Shown piece after piece: positions 27,156 through 36,611 of a stretch of 59,658 nt of DNA. Position numbers and translations under genes: made by a program. The stretch is taken from positions 1-59,658 of the forward strand of contig JACQDK010000011.1 of the NCBI GenBank assembly GCA_016201135.1, in the 5' to 3' direction. Under the pieces are notes generated by a model, which saw only the letters and a program-made list of their open reading frames with translations, was not told where the DNA came from and ran no database searches. The stretch is from Actinomycetota bacterium. Its GTDB lineage: Bacteria; Actinomycetota; UBA4738; HRBIN12. The first letter of the stretch is position 1, and every line of letters starts with the position of its first letter.

Positions 27156-27830
27156 GTGAGCGGTCCCAAGGCAAGTCGCAGGGGAACGCGCGGCCCGCGG
27201 TTCGACGCGGAATCGGTGCGCCGATGGGTGCGTGAGTCGGCAACCGAGATGTCGGCGCATCGCGACCTTCTGACCCAGCTCGACGCGGCGATCGGGGACG
27301 CCGACCACGGCATCAACATGGAGCGCGGCTTCACCGCAGCTGCCGCGGCCATGGAGACCGCGAACGGCGCCACCCCCGGGGAGATCCTGCTGGAGACCGC
27401 GTCGACCCTGATGTTCCGGGTTGGGGGCGCCGCCGGGCCTCTTTACGGGTCGGGCTTCCGCGAGGCGGGGAACTCGCTCGGGAAGGCCGCGTCGTTCGGC
27501 CCGCAGGACCTGGTGGACGCGCTCCGTGCGGCGCTCGCAGGCATCCAGGCCGTGGGCGCGGCCGTCGAGGGGGACAAGACCATGGTCGACGCGTGGGCGC
27601 CCGCGGTGGAGGCGCTCGGGCGGGAGATCTCCGCTGGCGATGACATCGTGGAGGCGCTGGGGCGGGCGCGGGAGGCGGCGGAGGCCGGTGCCCAGGCCAC
27701 CGTGCCCCTCCAGGCGCGGAAGGGTCGCGCCTCCTACCTGGGACCGCGGAGCGTCGGGCATCGAGACCCCGGTGCGTCCTCAACGTCGTTGCTCTTCGCG
27801 GCACTCGAACGGGCCCTTCGGGAGGCGTGA
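27156..27830 (+). CDS. dhaL: Second DhaL paralogue
   Basis: LDAAIGDADHGINMERGF, GGAAGPLYG, GDKTMVDA, GRASYLG. Start is GTG 27156 or 27147. Confidence 0.9.
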   Translation: MSGPKASRRGTRGPRFDAESVRRWVRESATEMSAHRDLLTQLDAAIGDADHGINMERGFTAAAAAMETANGATPGEILLETASTLMFRVGGAAGPLYGSGFREAGNSLGKAASFGPQDLVDALRAALAGIQAVGAAVEGDKTMVDAWAPAVEALGREISAGDDIVEALGRAREAAEAGAQATVPLQARKGRASYLGPRSVGHRDPGASSTSLLFAALERALREA

Positions 27831-27864
27831 TCCGGGCGCTTGCCTGATCAGTGGGGAGTCGGCT

Positions 27865-28659
27865 GTGACGTTGGAACGACGTGACATGATCCAGTCCGTC
27901 GATCGGGCGGCCCGGATCTTGAAGGAGTTCGGCTCGGGGACCGCGCGGCTGGGGATAACCGAGCTCGCGACCCGGCTCGGGATCGCCAAGGCGACGGTCT
28001 TCGGCCTGCTCCGCACGCTCGAGCGCCAGGAGCTCGTGGAGCAGGAAGCCGACACGGGGAAGTACCGTCTCGGTCCGGCGATGCTGCAGCTCGGGAACGC
28101 GTTCCTGGACAACCACGAGCTGCGGGCGCGATCGATCCCGTGGGCGGACGCGCTCGCGAGCCGCGTGGGCGAGACGGTCCGCGTCGGGGTCCTCCACGGG
28201 CGTTCCGTGCTCATCGTCCACCACGTGTTCCGGCCCGACGGGTCCGTTCAGGTGCTCGAGGTGGGCGCGTCGATACCGTGGCACGCGTGCGCCCTCGGCA
28301 AGGCGATCGCCGCCTTCCTGGATCCCGACCGGCGGCGGAGCCTCCTGGCCGGACCCCTGCCCCGGCTCACGGGCAGGACGATCGTCGATCCCCACGCGCT
28401 CGCGATGACCCTGGACGAGGTGGCGCGCCTGGGCGCGGCGACCGAGGACCAGGAGGCGGTCGTGGGCGAGGCGGAGATAGCCGCCCCAGTGTTCGACCAT
28501 CGCGGACACGCGGCCGGGGCGGTCGGCATCGCCGGGCCCGCCGAGCGGCTCCAGCCGGCGGCACCCCCCGAGCCACTCGTCGCGGCCGTGAAGGACACCT
28601 CTAGGGGACTCTCGCAGGGGATGGGGGCCGGGCGCCGGCGGGCGGCGCACGGCGGCTGA
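27865..28659 (+). CDS. gylR: IclR family regulator, GylR-like glycerol operon regulator
   Basis: IQSVDRAARIL HTH. HELRARS and VLIVHHVFRPDGSVQVLEVG resemble Streptomyces GylR as recalled. GGGGAG SD before GTG 27865 (alternative ATG 27886). Confidence 0.85.
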   Translation: MTLERRDMIQSVDRAARILKEFGSGTARLGITELATRLGIAKATVFGLLRTLERQELVEQEADTGKYRLGPAMLQLGNAFLDNHELRARSIPWADALASRVGETVRVGVLHGRSVLIVHHVFRPDGSVQVLEVGASIPWHACALGKAIAAFLDPDRRRSLLAGPLPRLTGRTIVDPHALAMTLDEVARLGAATEDQEAVVGEAEIAAPVFDHRGHAAGAVGIAGPAERLQPAAPPEPLVAAVKDTSRGLSQGMGAGRRRAAHGG

Positions 28660-28699
28660 GGGGCCTTCTGTCCGGCTCGCCGACGCGCCCGCTCTGTCC

Positions 28700-29476
28700 G
28701 TGGCCTTCTACCGGAACGCCCTCGCGGTCGCGATCCTGGTGCCGGCGGCCCTGGCCCTGCACCGGGACGAGCTCCGCGGGCTCTCGCGCGGGCAGTGGGC
28801 GGCGGCTGTGGCTTCGGGCGCTCTGCTCGCCGCGCACTTCGCCCTGTGGATCCCCTCGCTCTCCTTCATCTCCGTGGGCGCGAGCACGGTGCTGGTCACC
28901 ACGCAGCCGGTCTGGGTGGCGTTGCTGGGCAGGTTCCTCGGGGAGCGGATCGAGGGAAGGACCCTGCTGGGCGCGGGGCTGTCGGTGGCCGGGGCTCTCG
29001 CGATCTTCGGGGGCGACCTTGGGTCCTCGAACCTGCGTGGCGACTCCCTGGCTCTGGGCGGCGCCGCGGCCGCCGCCGGCTACTACCTGGCGGGGCGGAG
29101 CCTCCGGCGGCGGGTATCCCTCCTCACCTACGTGGCGATCTGCTACTCGACCTGCGCCGCGATCCTCGCGATAGCCGTGGCCGCCGCCGGGCAGCCGTTC
29201 GCAGGGTTCCCTCCGAAGGTCTGGGTGCTCTTCGTGCTGATGGCGCTCGGTCCGCAGATCATGGGTCATACGGTCTTCAACTACCTGCTCTCCGACGTGC
29301 CGGCGCCGGTGATCGCGACCGCGATCACCGCGGAGCCGATCGGCGCGACCCTGCTCGCGCTCGCCTTCTTCGCAGAGGTCCCGCCCTGGACCGCACTCGT
29401 CGGCGGCGCGCTGATCCTTTCCGGCATCGCCGTCACGGTGCGCGCGCAGGCCGACGTGACCGCACCCGTGGAGTAG
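28700..29476 (+). CDS. DMT/EamA family transporter, apparently 5'-truncated
   Basis: Two EamA halves. The in-frame upstream VRLADAPALS continues the family pattern, but the first TM helix is missing. Confidence 0.8.
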   Translation: MAFYRNALAVAILVPAALALHRDELRGLSRGQWAAAVASGALLAAHFALWIPSLSFISVGASTVLVTTQPVWVALLGRFLGERIEGRTLLGAGLSVAGALAIFGGDLGSSNLRGDSLALGGAAAAAGYYLAGRSLRRRVSLLTYVAICYSTCAAILAIAVAAAGQPFAGFPPKVWVLFVLMALGPQIMGHTVFNYLLSDVPAPVIATAITAEPIGATLLALAFFAEVPPWTALVGGALILSGIAVTVRAQADVTAPVE

Positions 29477-29487
29477 GCTTCCGGTCC

Positions 29488-30510
29488 GTGGACGAGCCGC
29501 GGTTCGTCAACGTCGACGACTACGAACCGGCCGCCCGGGAACGCCTGCCCAAGGACGTCTACGACTACTTCGCCGGCGGCGCCGGGGACGAGTGGTCCCT
29601 CGCGGAGAACCGCCGCGCGTTCGATCGCTGGGTGCTTCGGCCGCGATTCCTGCGGGGGGCCGGCGCGCCCGACACATCCGCCGAGTCGCTAGGGACGCCG
29701 CTGTCGGCGCCCATCCTGTTGGCGCCGGTCGCGTTCCAGAAGATGGCGCACCCCGACGGCGAGCTCGCCGCCGCGCGGGCCGCAGCGCGGGCCGGCTCGA
29801 TCTTCGTGGTGTCCTCGACGGCCGTCGACTTCCTCGAGGAGGTGGCCGCTGCCTCCGACGGACCGAAGTGGTGGCAGCTGTACATCTTCGAGGATCGTGC
29901 CTTCACGGCCGAGATGCTGGAGCGGGCGGCCCGGGCCGGGTTCGGGGCGATCTGCTGGACGGTCGACTTCCCGGTGAACGGCCTGCGCGAGCGCGACGCG
30001 CGGAACGGCTTCGTGCTGCCGATCGGCCTGGCGGGCGACAGGCTCGTGATGGATCCGGCGCTGTGCTGGGACGACGTGGCCTTCATCCGGGAGCACGCGC
30101 CGGGGCTGCCGCTCCTCGTCAAGGGGATCCTCACGCGCGAGGACGCGGAGATCGCCGTGAAGGCCGGCGTCGACGGGATCGTGGTCTCGAACCACGGCGG
30201 GCGCCAGCTCGATTCCTCGCCCGCGGGGATCACGGTGCTTCCCGAGATCGTCGAGGCCGTCGGCGGGCGGATCCCGGTGCTGGTGGACGGCGGCATCCGG
30301 CGAGGAACCGACGTCCTGAAGGCCCTGGCGCTGGGAGCCTCGGCCGTGCTGGTGGGGCGCCCCTACCTGTGGGGCCTTGCCACTTCGGGGGAGGAGGGGG
30401 CCTTCGACGTCCTGCGCCTGCTACGCGACGGCTTCGCCAACGCGATGGCGCTCACGGGCTGCCGGACGGTCGGCGAGATCACGCCCGCGCTGGTGGCGCC
30501 GGCCGGCTGA
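29488..30510 (+). CDS. FMN-dependent alpha-hydroxy acid oxidase/dehydrogenase
   Basis: YDYFAGGAGDE, WWQLY, TVD, LVKG, VSNHGGRQLD, DGGIRRGTDVLKALALGA. Confidence 0.95.
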   Translation: MDEPRFVNVDDYEPAARERLPKDVYDYFAGGAGDEWSLAENRRAFDRWVLRPRFLRGAGAPDTSAESLGTPLSAPILLAPVAFQKMAHPDGELAAARAAARAGSIFVVSSTAVDFLEEVAAASDGPKWWQLYIFEDRAFTAEMLERAARAGFGAICWTVDFPVNGLRERDARNGFVLPIGLAGDRLVMDPALCWDDVAFIREHAPGLPLLVKGILTREDAEIAVKAGVDGIVVSNHGGRQLDSSPAGITVLPEIVEAVGGRIPVLVDGGIRRGTDVLKALALGASAVLVGRPYLWGLATSGEEGAFDVLRLLRDGFANAMALTGCRTVGEITPALVAPAG

Positions 30511-30570
30511 GGAGGCGGCGGCGCGCGCCCCGACTCGTGAGGCCGCACTCGCGCTGGCGTTGAGCCAGCG

Positions 30571-31038
30571 TCACTTCCGGTGCGGACCCACTATCTTCGT
30601 GTTGACCGTGTACGTGTCGTTCGATGCGTTCGGGTCGGCCGACGTCCACACGTCCGTCCAGACGCGCGCGTCCCGATCTTCGCCCGTGAAGAAGCAGCAC
30701 ACGACAACGGTCAGCCTCGCGGTGAACGATGCGGCGGGCGCCAACATGGTTCCGGATTCCGAACACCCCGTCGGGTCCGAGCACACCAGCGACACGGTGT
30801 CGAATTGATCGGTCACGCCCGAGTTGAGCACGACGCCGGTCGCGGTGTCGGGTCCGTAGTTCGTCACCGCGATGTCGTAGACCGCCGTCTCGCCAGCTCG
30901 TGCACGCGGCGTACCGACCCCTACCCATCGCATCGTTACCCCGACGTCGGCCGTGCCAGGGTCGACCGCGTGGGCAGGCGACGCGACCAGGGCGAGCGCG
31001 AGGGCGACCACCAGCGCTGCAGTCCGATGTCGCTGCAT
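30571..31038 (-). CDS. Secreted DUF11-like Ig-fold protein
   Basis: Signal peptide (AHA|V), ADVGVT, VTNYGPDTATGV, DPNASND. GGAGGG SD. Confidence 0.75.
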   Translation of the reverse strand: MQRHRTAALVVALALALVASPAHAVDPGTADVGVTMRWVGVGTPRARAGETAVYDIAVTNYGPDTATGVVLNSGVTDQFDTVSLVCSDPTGCSESGTMLAPAASFTARLTVVVCCFFTGEDRDARVWTDVWTSADPNASNDTYTVNTKIVGPHRK

Positions 31039-31419
31039 ATCCATCCCTCCTCGTAGCGACAAGTTACGGTAGACACCCGGGTGGATGTTCCGAAGGGCCA
31101 TGTGACCGGCACATGGAAGGACCCCTGCCGAGCGAGGGCTCCGCGGCGGCGATCCGACCCGGGAATGGGCACGGCCGTGCCGGTCCTAGTACAGGCGTCC
31201 GGACGTATCCGCGTCTGGACGGCTGCACGGTTCCGGTCGGGCCTCCATAACGTCTCTTCGCGGACCCCAATGCGGTCGGTAACGTCCTTGCGCCCCTGCA
31301 CGCTCCGCCCCTTCTTGCGGCGAATCGAATGGCGCGTAGTCTTTGCTCCAGGAGGCGATCCACAGTTAGGCGAACCACGTTCACGGGGAACCGACTCGCG
31401 GCATGGGTTCGTCTGAAGC

Positions 31420-31689
31420 ATGATGCAACGCATGTTCCTGCGTATCGCGGGTGTCGCCCTCGCCCTCGGTGGCGTGGTGGTCTCGCTTGCATGGACCCCG
31501 ATGACGTGCGTGTCGAGCGTCCCCGTCTGCCCAACCCCGTTCCCGGGTAGCGCCCCCTGCCCTCCATCGGTGACCTCATGCAGCAGCGACTTCGTCCTGC
31601 TGCGGATAGCTATCGCGTTGGCGAGCGTCGGCTTAGGCGTCGTCCTCGCGGTGCTGTCCTCGCGCACCCAGTCAGTTCAGCACTCGTAG
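31420..31689 (+). CDS. Small two-TM protein with a Pro-rich four-Cys loop
   Basis: TM helix, TCVSSVPVCPTPFPGSAPCPPSVTSC loop, then an LRIAIA TM helix. Confidence 0.6.
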   Translation: MMQRMFLRIAGVALALGGVVVSLAWTPMTCVSSVPVCPTPFPGSAPCPPSVTSCSSDFVLLRIAIALASVGLGVVLAVLSSRTQSVQHS

Positions 31690-31810
31690 ACGTTAGTCAA
31701 ACCGGAACTTGCCCCCCGGCACGCGACGCCCAGCGGCTCCAGCCAGTGTGGGAGCGAAGTCACTTGGAGCTGCGCGTGTGAAGCCGAGATCACGAGGGTA
31801 GATTCACCTC

Positions 31811-32338
31811 ATGCCGCACGTGCCCGTCGCGGGCGACGAGACCGCCACCCTCCTTGGCGCCCTGGAGCGCGAGCGCGCGATCCTGGCGTGGAAGTGCGGC
31901 GGGCTCGACGCGGCCGGCCTACAGGCCACGGTCGGCGCCTCGTCGATCACCCTGGGCGGGCTGCTCAAGCACCTGGCGGCCGTCGAGGACGACCACTTCT
32001 CCCGGAAGCTGCTCGGGCGAGAACCGGGGCCACCCTGGGACACGGTGGACTGGGACGCCGACCCCGACTGGGAATGGCATTCGGCCGCCGAGGACACCCC
32101 CGAGCAGCTCATGGCGCTCTGGCAGGACGCCGTGGCCCGCTCACGATCTCTGGTCGCGAGCGCGCTGGCCGACGGGGGCCTGGAGCAGCTGGGCCGGTAC
32201 ACCAGCTCGCGCGGTGAGTCCCCCAGCCTGCGGCGTCTCCTGATCGACCTGATCGAGGAGTACGCGCGGCACGCCGGGCATGCGGACCTCATCCGGGAGT
32301 CCGTGGACGGGCTCGTCGGGGAGGACCCGCCGGGCTGA
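31811..32338 (+). CDS. DinB/DUF664 family protein
   Basis: LGGLLKHLAAVE and IEEYARHAGHADLIRESVDG. Confidence 0.9.
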   Translation: MPHVPVAGDETATLLGALERERAILAWKCGGLDAAGLQATVGASSITLGGLLKHLAAVEDDHFSRKLLGREPGPPWDTVDWDADPDWEWHSAAEDTPEQLMALWQDAVARSRSLVASALADGGLEQLGRYTSSRGESPSLRRLLIDLIEEYARHAGHADLIRESVDGLVGEDPPG

Positions 32339-32454
32339 CAGCCCCCGTCCCACCTCCCGCGTCACGGGGCACTCCGTCCAGATGGTTACAGGGTCAAACT
32401 CGCCACGCGCCCCGGCGCGGGACCGCCAGATGCCAGCGGGGGTAAGGTCGGCAT

Positions 32455-33186
32455 ATGGAGAACTACGAGCCAGGGATGAGTTTCGGGAAGGACGCCGCCG
32501 AGATCTACGACGACGTCCTTCGAGGCGATGAGCCGGCCACGGTCGCGTTCCTGGAAGAACTGGCAGGTGGTGGCCCCGCGCTGGAGCTCGCGATCGGCAC
32601 CGGTCGGATCGCGCTTCCCCTCGCGGCTCGGGGGATCCGCGTCGACGGGATCGACGTTTCACCCGCCATGGTCGCCAAGCTGCGCGAGAAGCCGGGCGGC
32701 GACCAGCTCTCGGTCACGATGGGCAACTTCGCTGATGTCCCAGTCCCGGGCAGCTACCGATTGGTCTTCGTGGTGTTCAACACGCTGTTCAATCTGCTGA
32801 CACAAGAAGAGCAGGTGCGCTGTTTCGAGAACGTCGCGGCTCATCTCACCGACGACGGGTCGTTCGTCGTGGAAGCCTTCGTGCCTGCCTATCTCACCCG
32901 CCTCCGCAGCGATCAATACGTGGACGCTGAAGCCATCCGAGTCAACGAGGTTTGGCTCGATGTCGGTCGCCACGATCCCGTGACGCAGCGGCTCGACGAG
33001 ACCCACGTGCGACTCACGAGCGAGGGTGTAGGTCTTTACCCGATCGTCACCCGGTACGCGTGGCCGAGCGAGCTCGATCTAATGGCGAGGATCGCCGGGC
33101 TACGCCTGATCGACCGGTGGGCCGACTGGAGCCGAGCACCCTTCAACTCCACCAGCAGCAGACACGTGTCCGTTTACGGACGCTGA
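32455..33186 (+). CDS. Class I SAM-dependent methyltransferase
   Basis: LELAIGTGRIA, GIDVSPAMV, VFNTLFNL. Confidence 0.92.
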   Translation: MENYEPGMSFGKDAAEIYDDVLRGDEPATVAFLEELAGGGPALELAIGTGRIALPLAARGIRVDGIDVSPAMVAKLREKPGGDQLSVTMGNFADVPVPGSYRLVFVVFNTLFNLLTQEEQVRCFENVAAHLTDDGSFVVEAFVPAYLTRLRSDQYVDAEAIRVNEVWLDVGRHDPVTQRLDETHVRLTSEGVGLYPIVTRYAWPSELDLMARIAGLRLIDRWADWSRAPFNSTSSRHVSVYGR

Positions 33187-33330
33187 GTCGCGACCCGCGG
33201 TTCAGGGACGGCTGATGGCTGCTAACCGCTCTTGGAGGCGCGCGCCCTGCGGGTCATGCGACATGTCGGAAACGCTCGCGCACCATGCGGCGTGCTCTCA
33301 GCGTGCGACGGGGTCTGTTACGGTAGCCGG

Positions 33331-33840
33331 ATGAGCAGGTCCTTGCTCGAGGACGCGTTCGGCCACCATGTGTGGGCGACGCTGCGGGTGGTTGATGCGT
33401 GCCTCGCGCTCAGCCCAGAGCAGCTGGGGACCGCCGTCCCCGGGACCTACGGCTCGATCCTCGAGACGGTGCGCCACCTCGTCGGGGCCGACTCCAGGTA
33501 CCTGTTCACCACGACTGGTGAGCGCACCCCCCTCATCGACGAGGATCGCATGGGCCTCCCGGAGCTCCGGGCGGCGATGGAGGGCCACGGTGCCGCCTGG
33601 TCGCAGCTCCTGGCACAGGACCTCGATCCGGACGTCGTCCTCGTGAGGCGCCGCGACGACGGGTCCGAGACCCACGCCCCGATGGGCATCCGGCTCGCCC
33701 AGGCGCTGCACCACGGGACCGATCATCGGAGCCAGATCTGCACCGCCCTCACGACGCTCGGCGTGGAACCGCCGGCCATCGATGTATGGGACTTCGGCGA
33801 GCAGGATGGCCGCGTCGTCGAGATCCCGCCCACGTCCTGA
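33331..33840 (+). CDS. DinB family protein
   Basis: HHVWAT, ETVRHLV, QALHHGTDHRSQ. Confidence 0.88.
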   Translation: MSRSLLEDAFGHHVWATLRVVDACLALSPEQLGTAVPGTYGSILETVRHLVGADSRYLFTTTGERTPLIDEDRMGLPELRAAMEGHGAAWSQLLAQDLDPDVVLVRRRDDGSETHAPMGIRLAQALHHGTDHRSQICTALTTLGVEPPAIDVWDFGEQDGRVVEIPPTS

Positions 33841-33983
33841 CGAGTCCACGCGCCCCAGGCAAGCGCGGGCGCCGACGCTCGGGATGGGGGTCTCGACTCG
33901 CACCGACTCTCTCTCGCGGAACGCAGCGGGAGGGGTCGGCTGGCTTACGGCGATCGTCGCCTTCCCGCCTTGAGGGCTTGAAT

Positions 33984-34755
33984 ATGCGTATGGGAATCAG
34001 GGACCCCAGCGTCGGGGGACTCCTTACGCGACTCGTGGGCGGCCAGACGCAGGCTCTCGGCGTCGATCTGGTCGGCTCCTATCTTTTCGGGTCGGTGGTC
34101 ACGGGTGACTTCGACCCCGGAATCAGTGACGTCGATACAGTTGCGGTCCTCCGGTCCGATCTGACTGCAGCCCAGCTCGCGGCGCTTGAGCGCCCTCCAT
34201 CGGGACATCGTCGAAGAGATGCCTGAATGGGAGGACCGAGTTGAAGTCGTATATCTCTCCTCCCAAGCGCTCGCGACGTTCCGCACCGCATCCTCGGCGG
34301 CGGCACGGATCTCCCCGGGGGAGCCATTCCACGCCATGGAGGTCGACCATGGCTGGTTGATCGACTGGTACCAGCTTCGCGACGTCGGCATCGCGTTGTG
34401 CGGCCCGCCCGTCGCGTCTCTCGTGCCGGTCATTTCGCACGATGAGTACGTCGAGGCGGTGCGTCGGCACATGCTGGCCTGGCCCGATCGGGTCGACGGG
34501 CTCGTGACACAAGGCTCTCAGGCCTACGCCATCCTCACCATGTGTCGGGGGCTCCGGACCTGGCGAACGGGAGAGCACGTATCGAAACTGGAGGCAGCGC
34601 GCTGGGCGTGCGAGGAGTTGCCGGAGTACGCCAACCTCATCCGTGATGCCGTGGTGTGGCGGGAGCAATCCCGCATTCGACCGCGAAGCGATGGCACGGC
34701 GACACGCGATGTCACCCGGCGTTTCGTGATGGATGTGGAGCGGCTGGTGGACTAG
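33984..34755 (+). pseudogene. Aminoglycoside nucleotidyltransferase-like protein (AadA/ANT, NTP_transf plus DUF4111-like), split by a +1 frameshift near 34193
   Basis: YLFGS-x3-GDF-x4-SDVD NTase motif in the first frame; YAILTMCR...VSKLEAARW in the second. The junction GAG CGC C CTC CAT has one extra C. Confidence 0.8.
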
Positions 34756-34974
34756 GGAAGAGCGGGTCAGGACTGCGACCAGGCTACTAGGCCAGGAGCG
34801 CGGACCGCAGCCGCCGCTCGGTCCAAGACCCACGACTCGGAGCGCGATTGACACGACGACGATCCGTAGGGACGCCGGGGAGCGGGGAGCGGGAAGTTCC
34901 TTAGGGTTTCCGGTCGTTTGGCTTCCTTCACAAACAGAGGGATGAATGGGTCTAGAGGGACGAAGGGCTCGTCG

Positions 34975-35445
34975 GTGACCGATCCCGCGATGGAGGCGCT
35001 CGAGCGCCTCTATCGCGACGATGGTGCCCGGCTCGAGCGGGCGCTGGTGCTCTTCGCGGGCGACCGTGAAGTGGCAAAGGACGCCTTGGCCGAGACCTTT
35101 GCGCAAGCGATCCGCGGGCGGTCGCGGGTTCGTGACCCTCGTGGGTGGGTGTGGCGCACTGCCTTCCGGATCGCGGCCGCCGAGCTGAAGGACCGGGGGC
35201 GCCACTCAGGAGGGCTACGGGAGTCTGTTTACGAGATGCCGGAGCCCGTGGTCGATCTGGTCCGGGGGTTGGGCCGGCTCACTCCGAAGCAGCGGGCGTG
35301 CCTCGTGCTCTTTCACTACGCCGGATATCCCGCAAAGGACGTCGCGCGGATCGTCGGGTCCACACCGGCCGCTGTCACCGTGCATCTCGCTGTCGGGCGG
35401 AGGCGGCTTCGCCAACTTCTGGAGGCAGACGATGATGGATCTTGA
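34975..35445 (+). CDS. ECF sigma-70 factor (SigE-like)
   Basis: DALAETFAQA, WVWRTAFRIA, LTPKQRACLVL, AAVTVHL. Start uncertain (34975 or 34990). Confidence 0.85.
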   Translation: MTDPAMEALERLYRDDGARLERALVLFAGDREVAKDALAETFAQAIRGRSRVRDPRGWVWRTAFRIAAAELKDRGRHSGGLRESVYEMPEPVVDLVRGLGRLTPKQRACLVLFHYAGYPAKDVARIVGSTPAAVTVHLAVGRRRLRQLLEADDDGS

Positions 35446-36595
35446 CTCACGTTTTCGCTTCGCTGATCGGATCGAAGTTTCCGACCTTTGGCCCGAGATC
35501 GGAACGCGCCAACCGAGTTGGGTCCCGCCCTCACCCAGCCGTCGGTCGCTGACGCTCATCGTGGCCCTTCTCGTGGGAGCTGCGGCGGTCGCGCTGGCCG
35601 TGATCGCGTTCTCCGGCGCCCGCCCGAAGACCGAAACACCCGGGTCCACCCTCAGCTCGACGCCCGTGAAGAACGGTCCGATCTGGGCGATCGGAGGCGG
35701 CGGGGAGGCCGGCAGCATGATCTATGCCGTGGATCCCGCCACGGGCCAGAAGACGCCCCTTTGGACCGACGGGCGAAACCCCGACTTCCCGAACTTCCCG
35801 GTGGCGCCGGATCACATCGCCGCGCACTACGACTACGCCTTCTCACCGGACGGGTCGCGGGTCGCCTTCCCTGGGTACGTGAACAGAGGATCCGCGGACT
35901 GCTGCAGGATCGAGCTCTTCGTGATGAACGCCGATGGGAGCGGCCTCACGCAGCTCACTCGCGACGACGCCTACATCTCGTTCCCGTCGTGGTCCCCCGA
36001 CGGCTCGGAGCTGGTGTTCTCGATCTACCGCGGGACTCACTACATCCCAGGCTGCCCACTGACGAAGAGCTGTCCGGCAGACCTCTACGTGATCGGTGCC
36101 AATGGCACGGGTGAGCACCAGCTCACCAATGACGCGGCCGATGAGGCGACACCCACCTGGTCTCCGGACGGGACGAAGATCGCCTACGTGTACGTGGAAG
36201 GAGATACTCACGGAGCGCTCTGGGTCATGAACGCCGACGGAACCGGCGCCCAGAGCCTGATCCCCCCTGACGGTGCCTTCACCCTCTTCCCGCAATGGTC
36301 GCCTGACGGCAGCAGGATCCTGTATCTGGCCGCGATCTCCGGCGAACGGTTCGGCGTTTGGGTCGCAAACGCCGACGGGACCGACTCGCGTAAGTTGATC
36401 GACACCAATGCCGACGCAACGTTCGGACGACCCCTCTGGTCGCCTGACGGCGCGGAGATCGCGTACGCGGACCTCACCGGGGGGGAGCCCCAGCTTTGGG
36501 TTGCGAAGGCGGACGGCTCGGATCCACGTGAGATCGCGAGATTCCTCCGCTACGGGATCTCGCCCCTCGCCTGGCAGCCGCGCCCCCCGTCCTGA
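35432..36595 (+). CDS. Membrane-anchored TolB/PD40 beta-propeller protein, candidate anti-sigma factor
   Basis: Short N-terminus, one TM helix, repeated PxWSPDG...I.Y and MNADG motifs. Overlaps the sigma stop. Confidence 0.85.
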   Translation: MMDLDSRFRFADRIEVSDLWPEIGTRQPSWVPPSPSRRSLTLIVALLVGAAAVALAVIAFSGARPKTETPGSTLSSTPVKNGPIWAIGGGGEAGSMIYAVDPATGQKTPLWTDGRNPDFPNFPVAPDHIAAHYDYAFSPDGSRVAFPGYVNRGSADCCRIELFVMNADGSGLTQLTRDDAYISFPSWSPDGSELVFSIYRGTHYIPGCPLTKSCPADLYVIGANGTGEHQLTNDAADEATPTWSPDGTKIAYVYVEGDTHGALWVMNADGTGAQSLIPPDGAFTLFPQWSPDGSRILYLAAISGERFGVWVANADGTDSRKLIDTNADATFGRPLWSPDGAEIAYADLTGGEPQLWVAKADGSDPREIARFLRYGISPLAWQPRPPS

Positions 36596-36611
36596 TCCGC
36601 GCCGGGGGGCG

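Noticed and set aside
31060-31415. ORFs in the spacer between the DUF11-like gene and the Cys-loop gene
   Set aside because: No frame gives a convincing protein or start context; possibly a decayed gene.
32340-32450. tRNA or attachment-site remnant (GGTCAAAC resembles a T-loop)
   Set aside because: No cloverleaf, acceptor stem or CCA can be formed.
31063-33326. Shared GTTACGGTAG 10-mer at 31063 and 33317 as a regulator site or target-site duplication
   Set aside because: Only two short copies in opposite gene contexts; better explained by -10-like hexamers or chance.
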